A stretch of DNA of 64,000 nucleotides from an uncultured Rikenellaceae bacterium (GTDB lineage: Bacteria > Bacteroidota > Bacteroidia > Bacteroidales > VadinHA17), in the NCBI GenBank assembly GCA_964596715.1, contig CAZQVL010000001.1, forward strand, positions 179,166-243,165. Reading direction: 5' to 3'. Both the position numbers and the translations under genes were made by a program. Below, in pieces: positions 38,581 through 47,462 of the stretch. The notes below the pieces were generated by a model, which made no database searches, had not been told where the DNA came from, and saw only the letters and a program-made list of their open reading frames with translations. Numbering within the stretch: the first letter of the stretch is position 1; the number at the start of each line of letters is the position of its first letter.

Positions 38581-38743
38581 TGTTGATTGATTTAAAAGTT
38601 TAAAAATAGTTCTTTTTAAATTAATTGACTTGTGGTAATCAATAACAAAAAGCCAAATACAAAATATTATTTATTTTATGTTGTTAAATTCCAATCACTT
38701 CCATTTTATTTCAAACAACTTTTCAAGTTATTTACTTCTTTAG

Positions 38744-38751
38744 TACTTTTG
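38744..38751 (+). promoter_or_regulatory. candidate -7 box (TACTTTTG) for yedF-selD
   Basis: Matches TAnnTTTG, 22 nt upstream of the ATG at 38773. Confidence 0.35.
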
Positions 38752-38772
38752 CAAACCAACAACAGACAAGAA

Positions 38773-39387
38773 ATGAGAATTGTTGATGTCAAAGGGCAGC
38801 AATGCCCGGCTCCTATTATTGCAACAAAAAAGGCGCTTAAAGAGTCAGAAAAAGGTGAAGCTTTTAAAGTACTTACTGATAATCAGACATCTCTTAACAA
38901 TCTAACACGTTTTTTAATGGACAATAAGACAGAATTTTCAGTAGATGAGGCTGATGGTGTATGGACCCTTATAATTACAAAAAATGTATCTGCGACTTCC
39001 ATAGCCGAAGTTGAGAACTATTGCACTCCTGCAGCTTCAGTTTTCCCGAAAGGTGATTTTGTCATTGCCATAACTTCAGATAGGATGGGCGATGGTTCTG
39101 ATGAACTTGGCCATTTACTGATAGGAAATTTTATAAAAACCATAAAGGATCTGGATTTATTACCCCGGAAGATTATTTTTTACAATAAGGGTGTAACTCT
39201 GGTTTCTGATGAATCCCCTTTTCTTAGACACATTAAGGACCTTGAGAAAATGGGAGTTGAATTGCTTATCTGTGCTACTTGTGTAGATTATTATTCCCTC
39301 GACGGGAAAATTGAAGCAGGAATATTAAGTAACATGTTTGTAATTGCGGATGCCCTGGCCTCAGCCGGAAACGTTGTAAGGCCGTGA
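38773..39387 (+). CDS. yedF: selenium-metabolism sulfurtransferase-like protein (TusA-like plus DsrE-like domains)
   Basis: 204 aa from ATG 38773. TusA-type GQQCPAP motif, then a DsrE/YedF-like C-terminal half. Coupled (GTGA overlap) to selD. Confidence 0.7.
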   Translation: MRIVDVKGQQCPAPIIATKKALKESEKGEAFKVLTDNQTSLNNLTRFLMDNKTEFSVDEADGVWTLIITKNVSATSIAEVENYCTPAASVFPKGDFVIAITSDRMGDGSDELGHLLIGNFIKTIKDLDLLPRKIIFYNKGVTLVSDESPFLRHIKDLEKMGVELLICATCVDYYSLDGKIEAGILSNMFVIADALASAGNVVRP

Positions 39388-40424
39388 AACCGGACCTTCT
39401 TCAGATGGTTGAAAGTGGCGGTTGTTCTGCCAAAATCTCACCAAAACAGCTGGAAGAGATACTGAAGCGTCTTCCATTACCTGACGATCCTAATATTCTT
39501 GTTAATGTAGAAACACATGATGATGCAGGCGTATACCGGGTAAATGATGATCTGGCACTTGTCTTTACTACTGATTTTTTCCCTCCGGTATGCAGTGATC
39601 CTTATGAATTTGGACAGATTGCCGCAACCAACTCAATAAGTGATATATATGCAATGGGAGGTGATCCGGTGATTGCACTCAACATTATGATGTTTCCTGC
39701 GGCAAAACTCCCCCTGGAAGTATATGCGGAAATCCTTAAAGGAGGGTCCGATAAGGCATCTGAAGCAGGTGTAAAAATAATAGGAGGACATACAATAGAC
39801 GATTTTCCTCCGAAGTATGGACTGGCAGTTGTAGGATATATTCATCCTGACCGAATCATTGCCAATACCGGAGCAAGTCCGGGTGATTCTATCGTTCTGA
39901 CAAAACCTGTCGGGACAGGAATTATTCTTGCCGGACAACGACTCGGAATAACTGATGGAAACGATATTGCTGAGGCTAAAAAACTTATGAAGCAACTAAA
40001 CAGGCAGGGTGCTGAAGTAATGAAAAAATATTCCATTAAAGGAGCAACCGACATCACGGGATTTGGTCTTGCCGGTCATGCGTTAAAGATGGCTAAAGCA
40101 AGTAACGTAAGCATAAACATTAATATGAGAAAGGTTTCCCTGATCGGTGGCACCTACAACCTGGTTGATGAAGGGTGTATACCCGGAGCTTCCTTCAGGA
40201 ATCTGGATTTTGTTGAGAATGATTCTCATTTAGGAAAGAATCTCGACTACAATCTGAAAATGATAGCATGTGATGCACAGACTTCAGGCGGATTACTAAT
40301 AAGTGTACCTTGTGATAAAACTGAAGCGCTGGTCAAAGATCTTCATGAAGCCGGTTTACAGTATTCAACCATAATCGGTGATGTTTCAGAAAAGAAACAT
40401 AAATTCCTGTATCTGAAAAACTAA
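39384..40424 (+). CDS. selD: selenide, water dikinase
   Basis: 346 aa, GTG start. N-terminal SGGCSAKISPKQL (catalytic Cys/Lys loop) and AIR-synthase-like GGHTIDD block. Confidence 0.85.
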   Translation: MKPDLLQMVESGGCSAKISPKQLEEILKRLPLPDDPNILVNVETHDDAGVYRVNDDLALVFTTDFFPPVCSDPYEFGQIAATNSISDIYAMGGDPVIALNIMMFPAAKLPLEVYAEILKGGSDKASEAGVKIIGGHTIDDFPPKYGLAVVGYIHPDRIIANTGASPGDSIVLTKPVGTGIILAGQRLGITDGNDIAEAKKLMKQLNRQGAEVMKKYSIKGATDITGFGLAGHALKMAKASNVSININMRKVSLIGGTYNLVDEGCIPGASFRNLDFVENDSHLGKNLDYNLKMIACDAQTSGGLLISVPCDKTEALVKDLHEAGLQYSTIIGDVSEKKHKFLYLKN

Positions 40425-40491
40425 AATTGCCCGTAATCTGCCATCCTACCTCCTTTTCCGTTTCGCGTAATCTTCGCTTCGCTTCGATCTC

Positions 40492-40519
40492 CCCCGACGT
40501 TCACTTTGTTCAGTCGGGG
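40492..40519 (+). terminator. candidate hairpin downstream of selD
   Basis: CCCCGAC / GTCGGGG 7-bp stem with a 14-nt loop, followed only by GTTTCC (weak T tract). Confidence 0.25.
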
Positions 40520-40536
40520 TTTCCGCTACGCTCCAA

Positions 40537-40592
40537 CTTTCACCTTTCACCTTTCTCCTTTCACCTTTCTCCTTTCTCCTTTCTCCTTTCTA
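40537..40592. repeat. heptamer tandem array CTTTCWC x8
   Basis: ctttcac ctttcac ctttctc ctttcac ctttctc ctttctc ctttctc ctttcta. Ends 8 nt from the stop codon (40600-40602) of the minus-strand BNR gene. Confidence 0.85.
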
Positions 40593-40599
40593 TTCTCAC

Positions 40600-42957
40600 T
40601 TACCTCCTTCTTGTTCTCATCTTATCCTTTTCATTTACCGGATTTGCATCCATTACCCACATACCCCTTCCATGAGTGACTATGACGATTATGTTATCAC
40701 GTGGATGAACAGCCAGGTCGTGTACATATGAGAATGGCAGGATTCCAAGAATATCCCACTTTTTTCCACCATCTTTGCTTACAAATACTCCACCATCGGT
40801 TCCGGCATATAGTATATCTCTTATGACCGGATCCTCGCGGATTGTATTGACGGGTCCTACCGGAATATTACCGGAGATATCCAGCCATGTATCACCAAAA
40901 TCTGTTGATTTCCAGATATATACCTGAAAGTCATCATCTCTGCGGCCTGTCTGAGTCATGTACACAGTACCCATATCGTATTTTGATGCAACAATACGTG
41001 AAACAAATTTCTCCGGAACAGCTCCGTTTCTGATCTCTGTCCATGTTTTGCCTCCGTCTTTTGTTCTCCATATGCGGCCATCATCTGTTCCGGCATAAAG
41101 AAGTCCGAACCGGAGTGGAGATTCATCAAATACTGATATTGTCTGATAACTGATATCACCCATTTTGGCTGGATCATTATACGTAAGATCCGGGCTGATG
41201 AACTCCCATGTATCACCTCTGTCTTTCGACATTATCAGATACTGCATGCCATGGTAAACAATATCCGGATTATGTGTAGAAACAAGTGTAGGAGCAACCC
41301 ATTGACCTCGCAACGGAGCTTCTCCTGGCAGCAATCCGGGCATAAGGTTTTTAGTGTTTTGAGGATAAGTGTCAAATTTTGCCCTGGAAAGTCGTCCGTA
41401 ATAACCGCTGGCATATATTGTATTATTATCGACCGGATTTACAGCATGTGTAGTACCTTCTCCTCCTAGTATATTTTCAAACTCAAATGCAGGCACCCTG
41501 TCACGGCCTCTTGAAAGGTCAACTGTTCCGTAGTAGCTGCCATGATCCTGTATTGATCCGAAAACTCTGAAAGGTGTGCTGAAATCATAAGCCAGGTTAA
41601 AGAATTGTATCAGCGGAAGTTCTTCTATGGGGTATTTCCAGGTTTTACCTTTATCATAGGAAATTGTCAGGCCGCCATCCTGAACATTGAGCAGGTAATT
41701 TGAATTTGCGGGATCGATCCATAATCCGTGATGATCGACATGAGGGCCCCGTAGTGACTGAAAAGTCTTCCCACCATCGGTCGACTGGTTAAGCTGAAGC
41801 CCCATAGTATAAAGTGTGTTCTCATTGCTGGGATCGACTCTTATCTGGCCAAACACCCAGCCGTATGTTGCTGAATGTCTCTCCATGAATGTTTTTTGTT
41901 CCGGAGTAAGTCCACTGACCTGAATCCATGTATCACCTGCATTTCCGGTACGGTAAACGGTAGCTCCTTTAATTACATCAGTTCTCTGGCGACCGTAAGA
42001 ATCCAGATCACCCGGCTTGGCTGCATACGCTGTTTCATAATTATCAACATAGGCATAAAGTACTTTTGGATTTGATGCAGCAATATCTATTCCTATCCGG
42101 CCAAGTTTATTTGGAGCAGGAAGACCGGAGTTGATCTTTTTCCAGTTTCTTCCGCCATTGGTTGATTTCCATATACCATTATTTTTGGTTGTTTCATAAG
42201 TTCTTGGATCATTCCATTTAAGACGTATACGTTCCCATGTCGTACAGTAAACAGTGTTTGGGTTTCGTGGATCAAGAACGAGATCGTAAACACCGGTATT
42301 TTCATCAACATAAAGGATTTTAGTCCATGTCTGGCCACCATCAGTGGTCTTGAATAATCCACGATCTTCGTTGGGTGTCCATTCATGACCTGTAGCTGCA
42401 ACATATACAATATTGGAATTTCTTGGATCGATCCTTATACGGCCAACTGTAAAGGTGTTCTCGAGGCCCATCACATTCCATGTTTTGCCACCATCAGTTG
42501 TTTTAAAAACACCGCATCCGGCATTTGAACTTCTGAAAATATTTGCCTCACCGGTTCCGACCCATACAACATCCGGATTATTGGGATCAATTGCTATATC
42601 ACCAATCGAGGCGGTTGGCATCTCTTCAAAAACAGGTTCAAAAGTTGTTCCCTCATTAATCGATTTCCACACACCTCCTGTTGCTGATCCTATCCAGATT
42701 GCATAGTTTTTTCCTCGTGGAGAGATAGCCTCAACATCAGTACATCGACCGCTTATGTTTGTTGGACCAATGAACTGCCATTTGAGATCCTTATAGGGGG
42801 ATGTTTCTTTCATTGCTGTCTGTTTCTCAAACAGTGCAACTTTCTCTTTTCCACTTAATATCGGACTTTTTACCTGTCCAATAAGATTGGATGCAATAAA
42901 GACAATTGCAGAAAAAAGGATAAGAAAGCTTTCATAATGTTTTTTTTGTGTATTCAT
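40600..42957 (-). CDS. secreted BNR/sortilin (VPS10)-type beta-propeller repeat protein, GH74-like
   Basis: About 785 aa from ATG 42957. Many S-x-D-x-G-x-T-W repeats (TTDGGKTW, TTDGGQTW, STDGGKTF, SKDRGDTW, TKDGGKTW, STDFGDTW, SKDGGKKW). Confidence 0.7.
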   Translation of the reverse strand: MNTQKKHYESFLILFSAIVFIASNLIGQVKSPILSGKEKVALFEKQTAMKETSPYKDLKWQFIGPTNISGRCTDVEAISPRGKNYAIWIGSATGGVWKSINEGTTFEPVFEEMPTASIGDIAIDPNNPDVVWVGTGEANIFRSSNAGCGVFKTTDGGKTWNVMGLENTFTVGRIRIDPRNSNIVYVAATGHEWTPNEDRGLFKTTDGGQTWTKILYVDENTGVYDLVLDPRNPNTVYCTTWERIRLKWNDPRTYETTKNNGIWKSTNGGRNWKKINSGLPAPNKLGRIGIDIAASNPKVLYAYVDNYETAYAAKPGDLDSYGRQRTDVIKGATVYRTGNAGDTWIQVSGLTPEQKTFMERHSATYGWVFGQIRVDPSNENTLYTMGLQLNQSTDGGKTFQSLRGPHVDHHGLWIDPANSNYLLNVQDGGLTISYDKGKTWKYPIEELPLIQFFNLAYDFSTPFRVFGSIQDHGSYYGTVDLSRGRDRVPAFEFENILGGEGTTHAVNPVDNNTIYASGYYGRLSRAKFDTYPQNTKNLMPGLLPGEAPLRGQWVAPTLVSTHNPDIVYHGMQYLIMSKDRGDTWEFISPDLTYNDPAKMGDISYQTISVFDESPLRFGLLYAGTDDGRIWRTKDGGKTWTEIRNGAVPEKFVSRIVASKYDMGTVYMTQTGRRDDDFQVYIWKSTDFGDTWLDISGNIPVGPVNTIREDPVIRDILYAGTDGGVFVSKDGGKKWDILGILPFSYVHDLAVHPRDNIIVIVTHGRGMWVMDANPVNEKDKMRTRRR

Positions 42958-43015
42958 GTGGCAGGATTTTTGTGTCACTCTGTGTAAGTTCTTAAATATT
43001 TGAAATTACAATTTT

Positions 43016-43633
43016 TCAATCGAAAATAGCCTCGAATATTTTACGTTTTTTAGCTTTGAAGCACATTTCAATCTGGCTTCTTGTATTCCGGTTCGTGGAG
43101 AGTGGCGGCAGTGAATTAATTGAGAAGAAATCGGCATCAAGGGTTTCTGTATTATCCCTGAAACTGTTTTCAACCAGTTCACATTCCACGAAAATCTTAT
43201 AAATAGTAAAAGGGAAAAGGGAATTGTTGTGTTTGTTTGCAAGCTGGATAGCAATTATTCTTTTTGGAATAACATAAGCTCCTGCTTCTTCAAAACATTC
43301 TCTGATAACCGATTCACTAACAGAAGTATTTACGTCAGCCCATCCTCCGGGCAGAGACCAGGCTCCGTCAACTTTTTCCCTTACCATCAGTATTTTATTG
43401 TTTTTAAATACTGCCGATCTGATATCAACTTTTGGAGTCTGGTAACCGGTTTCGGAAGCAAACAGATTTCGTATTTTATTATGGTCAATATCAGTATATT
43501 CATGCATAATCTCAATAGAAAGATCTCTGATCTTTTCATAACGGTCGAGGTCATATCTGTCAGTACAAAAGGTCAATCCTGCCTGAGCTATTGCCTGAAG
43601 CTGTGAGGCCCATTTGATCCATTTTTCTTCCAT
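43016..43633 (-). CDS. NUDIX hydrolase with NUDIX N-terminal helical domain
   Basis: About 205 aa from ATG 43633 (MEEKWIKWASQLQAIAQAGL). Nudix box GGWADVNTSVSESVIRECFEEAGAYV. Confidence 0.75.
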   Translation of the reverse strand: MEEKWIKWASQLQAIAQAGLTFCTDRYDLDRYEKIRDLSIEIMHEYTDIDHNKIRNLFASETGYQTPKVDIRSAVFKNNKILMVREKVDGAWSLPGGWADVNTSVSESVIRECFEEAGAYVIPKRIIAIQLANKHNNSLFPFTIYKIFVECELVENSFRDNTETLDADFFSINSLPPLSTNRNTRSQIEMCFKAKKRKIFEAIFD

Positions 43634-43694
43634 ATGATTTTTTATGTTTTGAATTTTAAATATAGTCAATAAAGCTGTAAATTTGATATGTAAA

Positions 43695-43726
43695 GGCATA
43701 ATGGTATATCGGCATAATGGCACATC
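43695..43726. repeat. 16-bp tandem direct repeat x2 (GGCATAATGGYAYATC)
   Basis: ggcataatggtatatc ggcataatggcacatc, in the divergent NUDIX/MBL intergenic region. Confidence 0.8.
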
Positions 43727-43813
43727 GGCGGAAAGTGCGAAATAATTCCCCTTTCAAGAGGGACAGGGGTATGTAAGAACAATATTATTAAAATCAACTA
43801 AAAGAAAAATATT

Positions 43814-44659
43814 ATGAAGAAGTGTAGATTATTATCAGTTATTATGCTTTTGATGTTTCTGCAGGTTACAGCCTGCGGACAGGATTATAAATATCTCAGT
43901 GATCCGGAAGGATTGAGTGGAATAACTATTAGCAATGGTATTGAAAGTCCTGTATCGGTTAAAGTTGTTTATGATAATTATGTAAAGGTGAAAGGATTTC
44001 AATCAGACTGGGGCTTTTCGATTGTTATTGAAGGACTTGATAAGGGAGTGCTTTTTGACACAGGAACCAATCCGGAAATTTTTGAATCGAATTTCAGAAA
44101 AATGGGAATAGATCCTGCCGCAATTGATTTAATAGTCATTTCCCATGAACATGGTGACCATACCGGAGGCATACCGGCATTCGTAAAAATGAAGAAAAAC
44201 ATTCCGATACTGTTTCCGCATTCTCTTTCAGGGTCATTCAAATCCCGTATGGTTGGATTAGGTCTGGAACCTCTGTTGGTGAAAGAACCGGTTAAAATAT
44301 GTACAAACCTGTATAGTTCAGGGGAGTTTTCAGGGCCAATACCTGAACAGGCTCTGGTACTAAACACAAAAAAAGGACTGGTTGTAATGACAGGTTGTTC
44401 ACATCCGGGGATTATCAAAATGCTGAAAGAGATAAAATCAACATTCGGGAAAAATGTATATATGGTTTTCGGCGGATTTCATCTGATGCAGAAATCCGAA
44501 AAGGAGATGAAGGCGATAATCGCTGAAATGAAATCTCTTGGTGTTGTTAAATGCGGAGCTACACATTGCACAGGAGATAGCCAGATTAAAATGATCAAAG
44601 ATTCTTTCGGAGAAGACTATTTCGAGCTTGGAGTGGGAAACGTTTTTATGATAGACTGA
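43814..44659 (+). CDS. secreted MBL-fold metallo-hydrolase
   Basis: 281 aa with a signal peptide. HEHGDH motif and a later GCSHPG block. Confidence 0.75.
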   Translation: MKKCRLLSVIMLLMFLQVTACGQDYKYLSDPEGLSGITISNGIESPVSVKVVYDNYVKVKGFQSDWGFSIVIEGLDKGVLFDTGTNPEIFESNFRKMGIDPAAIDLIVISHEHGDHTGGIPAFVKMKKNIPILFPHSLSGSFKSRMVGLGLEPLLVKEPVKICTNLYSSGEFSGPIPEQALVLNTKKGLVVMTGCSHPGIIKMLKEIKSTFGKNVYMVFGGFHLMQKSEKEMKAIIAEMKSLGVVKCGATHCTGDSQIKMIKDSFGEDYFELGVGNVFMID

Positions 44660-44702
44660 TTGGATAACAAAATAAAATAACTTGCAGCGAGGAACAGGAA
44701 AC

Positions 44703-45395
44703 ATGCTGTCAAAAAGAATAATTTCATCAGTTATAATTCTGTCAGGGTCTTTTTCATGGATTTTCTCACAATCAATCCTTCAGCCTAACTATGCATTAAA
44801 AAGTCATGAAACACTTGAGATCAGGAAGATTGAAACAACTGAGAAAGCAACTGTTTTTTATATGAGTATTGAGAACCGGACAGCCGGAGGGTACTTCTGT
44901 GCCGACAGAAATATTTTCATAATATATCCTGATGAATCACGAAGCAAGTTGATCTCATCAAATGGTATTCCTGTTTGTCCGGATAAATATAAATTTAAAA
45001 CAATAGGAGAGAAGCTCGATTTTGTTCTGAGATTCCCGCCCCTGAAACAAGGTACTGAGTGGATTGATCTGATAGAGGATTGCACAGATAACTGTTTTTC
45101 GTTTTATTGTGTTATACTTGATCCTGATTTGAACAAGAGTATTGATGATGCTTTTCATCTTTTTGAAAATAAAGAAGATACAAAAGCTATGGCCAGTTTC
45201 ATAAAGATAGCAGAAGAGACAGATAAAAAAAATCCTGGAATTGAGGGATTACTGTATATTAATATTATAAAACTGGCTAAAGAGACAGGGGACAATTCAC
45301 TGGCATCAGAATGGTACAACCGTATGCTTTCATCGGGAGCACCAAGGCTTCCTCTATTTATTAAATACCTTAATTCTCAGGGGATAAAGTATTAA
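44703..45395 (+). CDS. secreted hypothetical protein
   Basis: About 230 aa from ATG 44703 with a signal peptide. No recognisable catalytic motif. C-terminal third looks helical. Confidence 0.4.
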   Translation: MLSKRIISSVIILSGSFSWIFSQSILQPNYALKSHETLEIRKIETTEKATVFYMSIENRTAGGYFCADRNIFIIYPDESRSKLISSNGIPVCPDKYKFKTIGEKLDFVLRFPPLKQGTEWIDLIEDCTDNCFSFYCVILDPDLNKSIDDAFHLFENKEDTKAMASFIKIAEETDKKNPGIEGLLYINIIKLAKETGDNSLASEWYNRMLSSGAPRLPLFIKYLNSQGIKY

Positions 45396-45486
45396 AAGGA
45401 GCAATGTCCCCCAGCCCCCCAAAAGGGGAGTAATACTTTACAATCCTGGCGGGAGACTATTATTTAGGGATTAAGGGGCAATAGAC

Positions 45487-45518
45487 AAAAAAGGGGACTG
45501 TTGAAACAGTCCCCTTTT
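45487..45518. terminator. bidirectional rho-independent terminator
   Basis: A6, then GGGGACTG, a 6-nt loop, CAGTCCCC, then T4, between convergent genes ending at 45395 (+) and 45536 (-). Confidence 0.7.
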
Positions 45519-45535
45519 ATACTGAAATACTATTT

Positions 45536-47170
45536 TTATCTGCTTCCGAAAAAGAAATCAAGTCCTACTGCAACAAGCCAGACATTTTTTTTGTAAGTTT
45601 CTGTGACAGGAATCTGTATTGGACCAAGATCATGACTAAACCCTTTGGTTCCGTCTTTATATTTTGTATATTGGCCACCCAGGTTAAGATCTAACATAGG
45701 TGCGATACGTAAACCAATGCCCCCGCCAAATGAGTTGGAATTGAATTCATATGTGAGGTCACTATTATAATTACTGTTTGCACCTGAAAAGGTACCAAGC
45801 CAGCCAGCGCTGAAACATATCTTATCAGTCAGTCCAAGCTCTGCTCCAAGAGCAAACTCGGAAAAATTCTTATCGATCATGTTGATATTAACATCTTCAT
45901 ATCCATCATAATCAACATTTTTGTCAAAATAAATATTCATACTACCAGTAACCAACAGTCTTTCAATCGGTCTGTATTCGATACCAGCAGCCAACATGGC
46001 AGGCATATCGGCAATGACTTTTTCTCCGTCAATGAATTCCCCACCACCTGATTTGTCATTGAAAACTTTTGTTGTAAGTTCAAGCTTTGTCTTGAATTCA
46101 TATTTTAGAGCAATGTTCAGGTTGTCCATTGGTGAGATGTTCACGCTTAGTATAGGTGAGTAGCCCATTCCTGTTTCTTCAGCATCTAATTCAATGTTTT
46201 GTGTTGCAGCTGCATAGTAAGTCATTTCCGTTGCACCGTCAGTAAATTCCGGTGCTGCGATACCAAGAATACCCTGTGCCAGAGCAATGGTAATACCTGT
46301 GGGATTTTGTCCAGCTGCACCAATAATCTGCTGTATCTCACCAATCTGTGCAGGAGTAAGGCCTACCGTTTGGCCATCCGATAGAAGTACAGTTCCGCCA
46401 CCACCATCGATTATAGGTTGTAATCCTGCATAATAAGCTGTTGCACCTGCAGCTAATGTGTTAAGGGTTGTGGCACCTGATGTAAAGAAGTCACTTGCAA
46501 GCACCATGCCACCAGTATATGCTGCCCCAAAAGCAGGATAATTTGGATTAACCATGATGTTTTTCAGATATCCGTTATAGGTATTTTTAGCTGTCACCAG
46601 GCGGACACCTGCAGCAACAGACAGCATGTCGTTTATTTCGTAGGAAACGTTTGCCTGGTAGCCAAAATATACAGAAGTGCCCTCAAAAAAGATATCTGCA
46701 GAGTATTGTGTTGTCGTGATGCCCTGGCTTGCCAGAAGCGGAACAAGATCAGAAACATCCATCTCAAATGAAGGCAAACCATCATCATAAGTGGCCCCTC
46801 CGCCACCTCCAATCGGATTGAATCCGGCAGATAACGCAAATTTACCTGCTTTAAATGCTGCATATACACCAGGGAATACAGGTGCACTAACATCACCAAG
46901 ATATTCTTTTGGTGTACCAGTCAGGTAAGTATAGTCATTTAAAACAGATTTTGTCTGTCCGATTGTCTGATTGTTTATGGAAACATAAAAACCATTTCCG
47001 AGTTTTGTTAATCCGGCAGGATTAAAATACACAGCATCAATGCTGGTTGAAGCATTACGGCTCTGTAATCGTGTGTACAGAACACTCTGGTTAGTATTGG
47101 TAACCAGTCCGCCGGCAAATAAACTACCGGTGATTACAGTTCCGATAATCAAAGTTAAAATTCTTCTCAT
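45536..47170 (-). CDS. putative outer-membrane beta-barrel protein (FadL/TodX-like?)
   Basis: About 544 aa from ATG 47170 with a signal peptide. Alternating beta-strand-like pattern, Gly/aromatic-rich. Family assignment is uncertain. Confidence 0.4.
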   Translation of the reverse strand: MRRILTLIIGTVITGSLFAGGLVTNTNQSVLYTRLQSRNASTSIDAVYFNPAGLTKLGNGFYVSINNQTIGQTKSVLNDYTYLTGTPKEYLGDVSAPVFPGVYAAFKAGKFALSAGFNPIGGGGGATYDDGLPSFEMDVSDLVPLLASQGITTTQYSADIFFEGTSVYFGYQANVSYEINDMLSVAAGVRLVTAKNTYNGYLKNIMVNPNYPAFGAAYTGGMVLASDFFTSGATTLNTLAAGATAYYAGLQPIIDGGGGTVLLSDGQTVGLTPAQIGEIQQIIGAAGQNPTGITIALAQGILGIAAPEFTDGATEMTYYAAATQNIELDAEETGMGYSPILSVNISPMDNLNIALKYEFKTKLELTTKVFNDKSGGGEFIDGEKVIADMPAMLAAGIEYRPIERLLVTGSMNIYFDKNVDYDGYEDVNINMIDKNFSEFALGAELGLTDKICFSAGWLGTFSGANSNYNSDLTYEFNSNSFGGGIGLRIAPMLDLNLGGQYTKYKDGTKGFSHDLGPIQIPVTETYKKNVWLVAVGLDFFFGSR

Positions 47171-47462
47171 AGGATAATTTTTAGGTTGATAACTCTGAAG
47201 CACCCTACTTTCTTTCTGTATAATGCTCCAATTCATTTAACATTAGATCATGTAAATTAAGATAATTCAAAGAACAAAAGCAGTATCAAATTTAGAAAAT
47301 TATTTCAAACCTGCAATAGGTCTAAAGTAGTAAATTGATAGTAAGTTAATTATAAGAGGGTTTGGATATTATTCGAAAAAACCTTGCTGCTAAGACAGCG
47401 AACTCCGCTTTTAGCGGGGTAAACTCCGTGAGCAAGACAGAAGGCACAGCCGACGTCACGAC

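Noticed and set aside
40427-40675. 82-aa ORF (…HLSPFSFHLSPFSFLLS…)
   Set aside because: It is simply the translation of the heptamer and simple-sequence tract between convergent genes, and it overlaps the 3' end of the BNR gene.
47376-47462. GC-rich structured tract downstream of the 1041-aa glycosidase (CTTGCT…AGCAAG, CCGCTTTTAGCGG, an A6 run on the plus strand) as a terminator
   Set aside because: Only 4-6-bp stems could be drawn by hand next to the T run on the minus strand. It is plausible but too weak to call without folding or 3'-end data.
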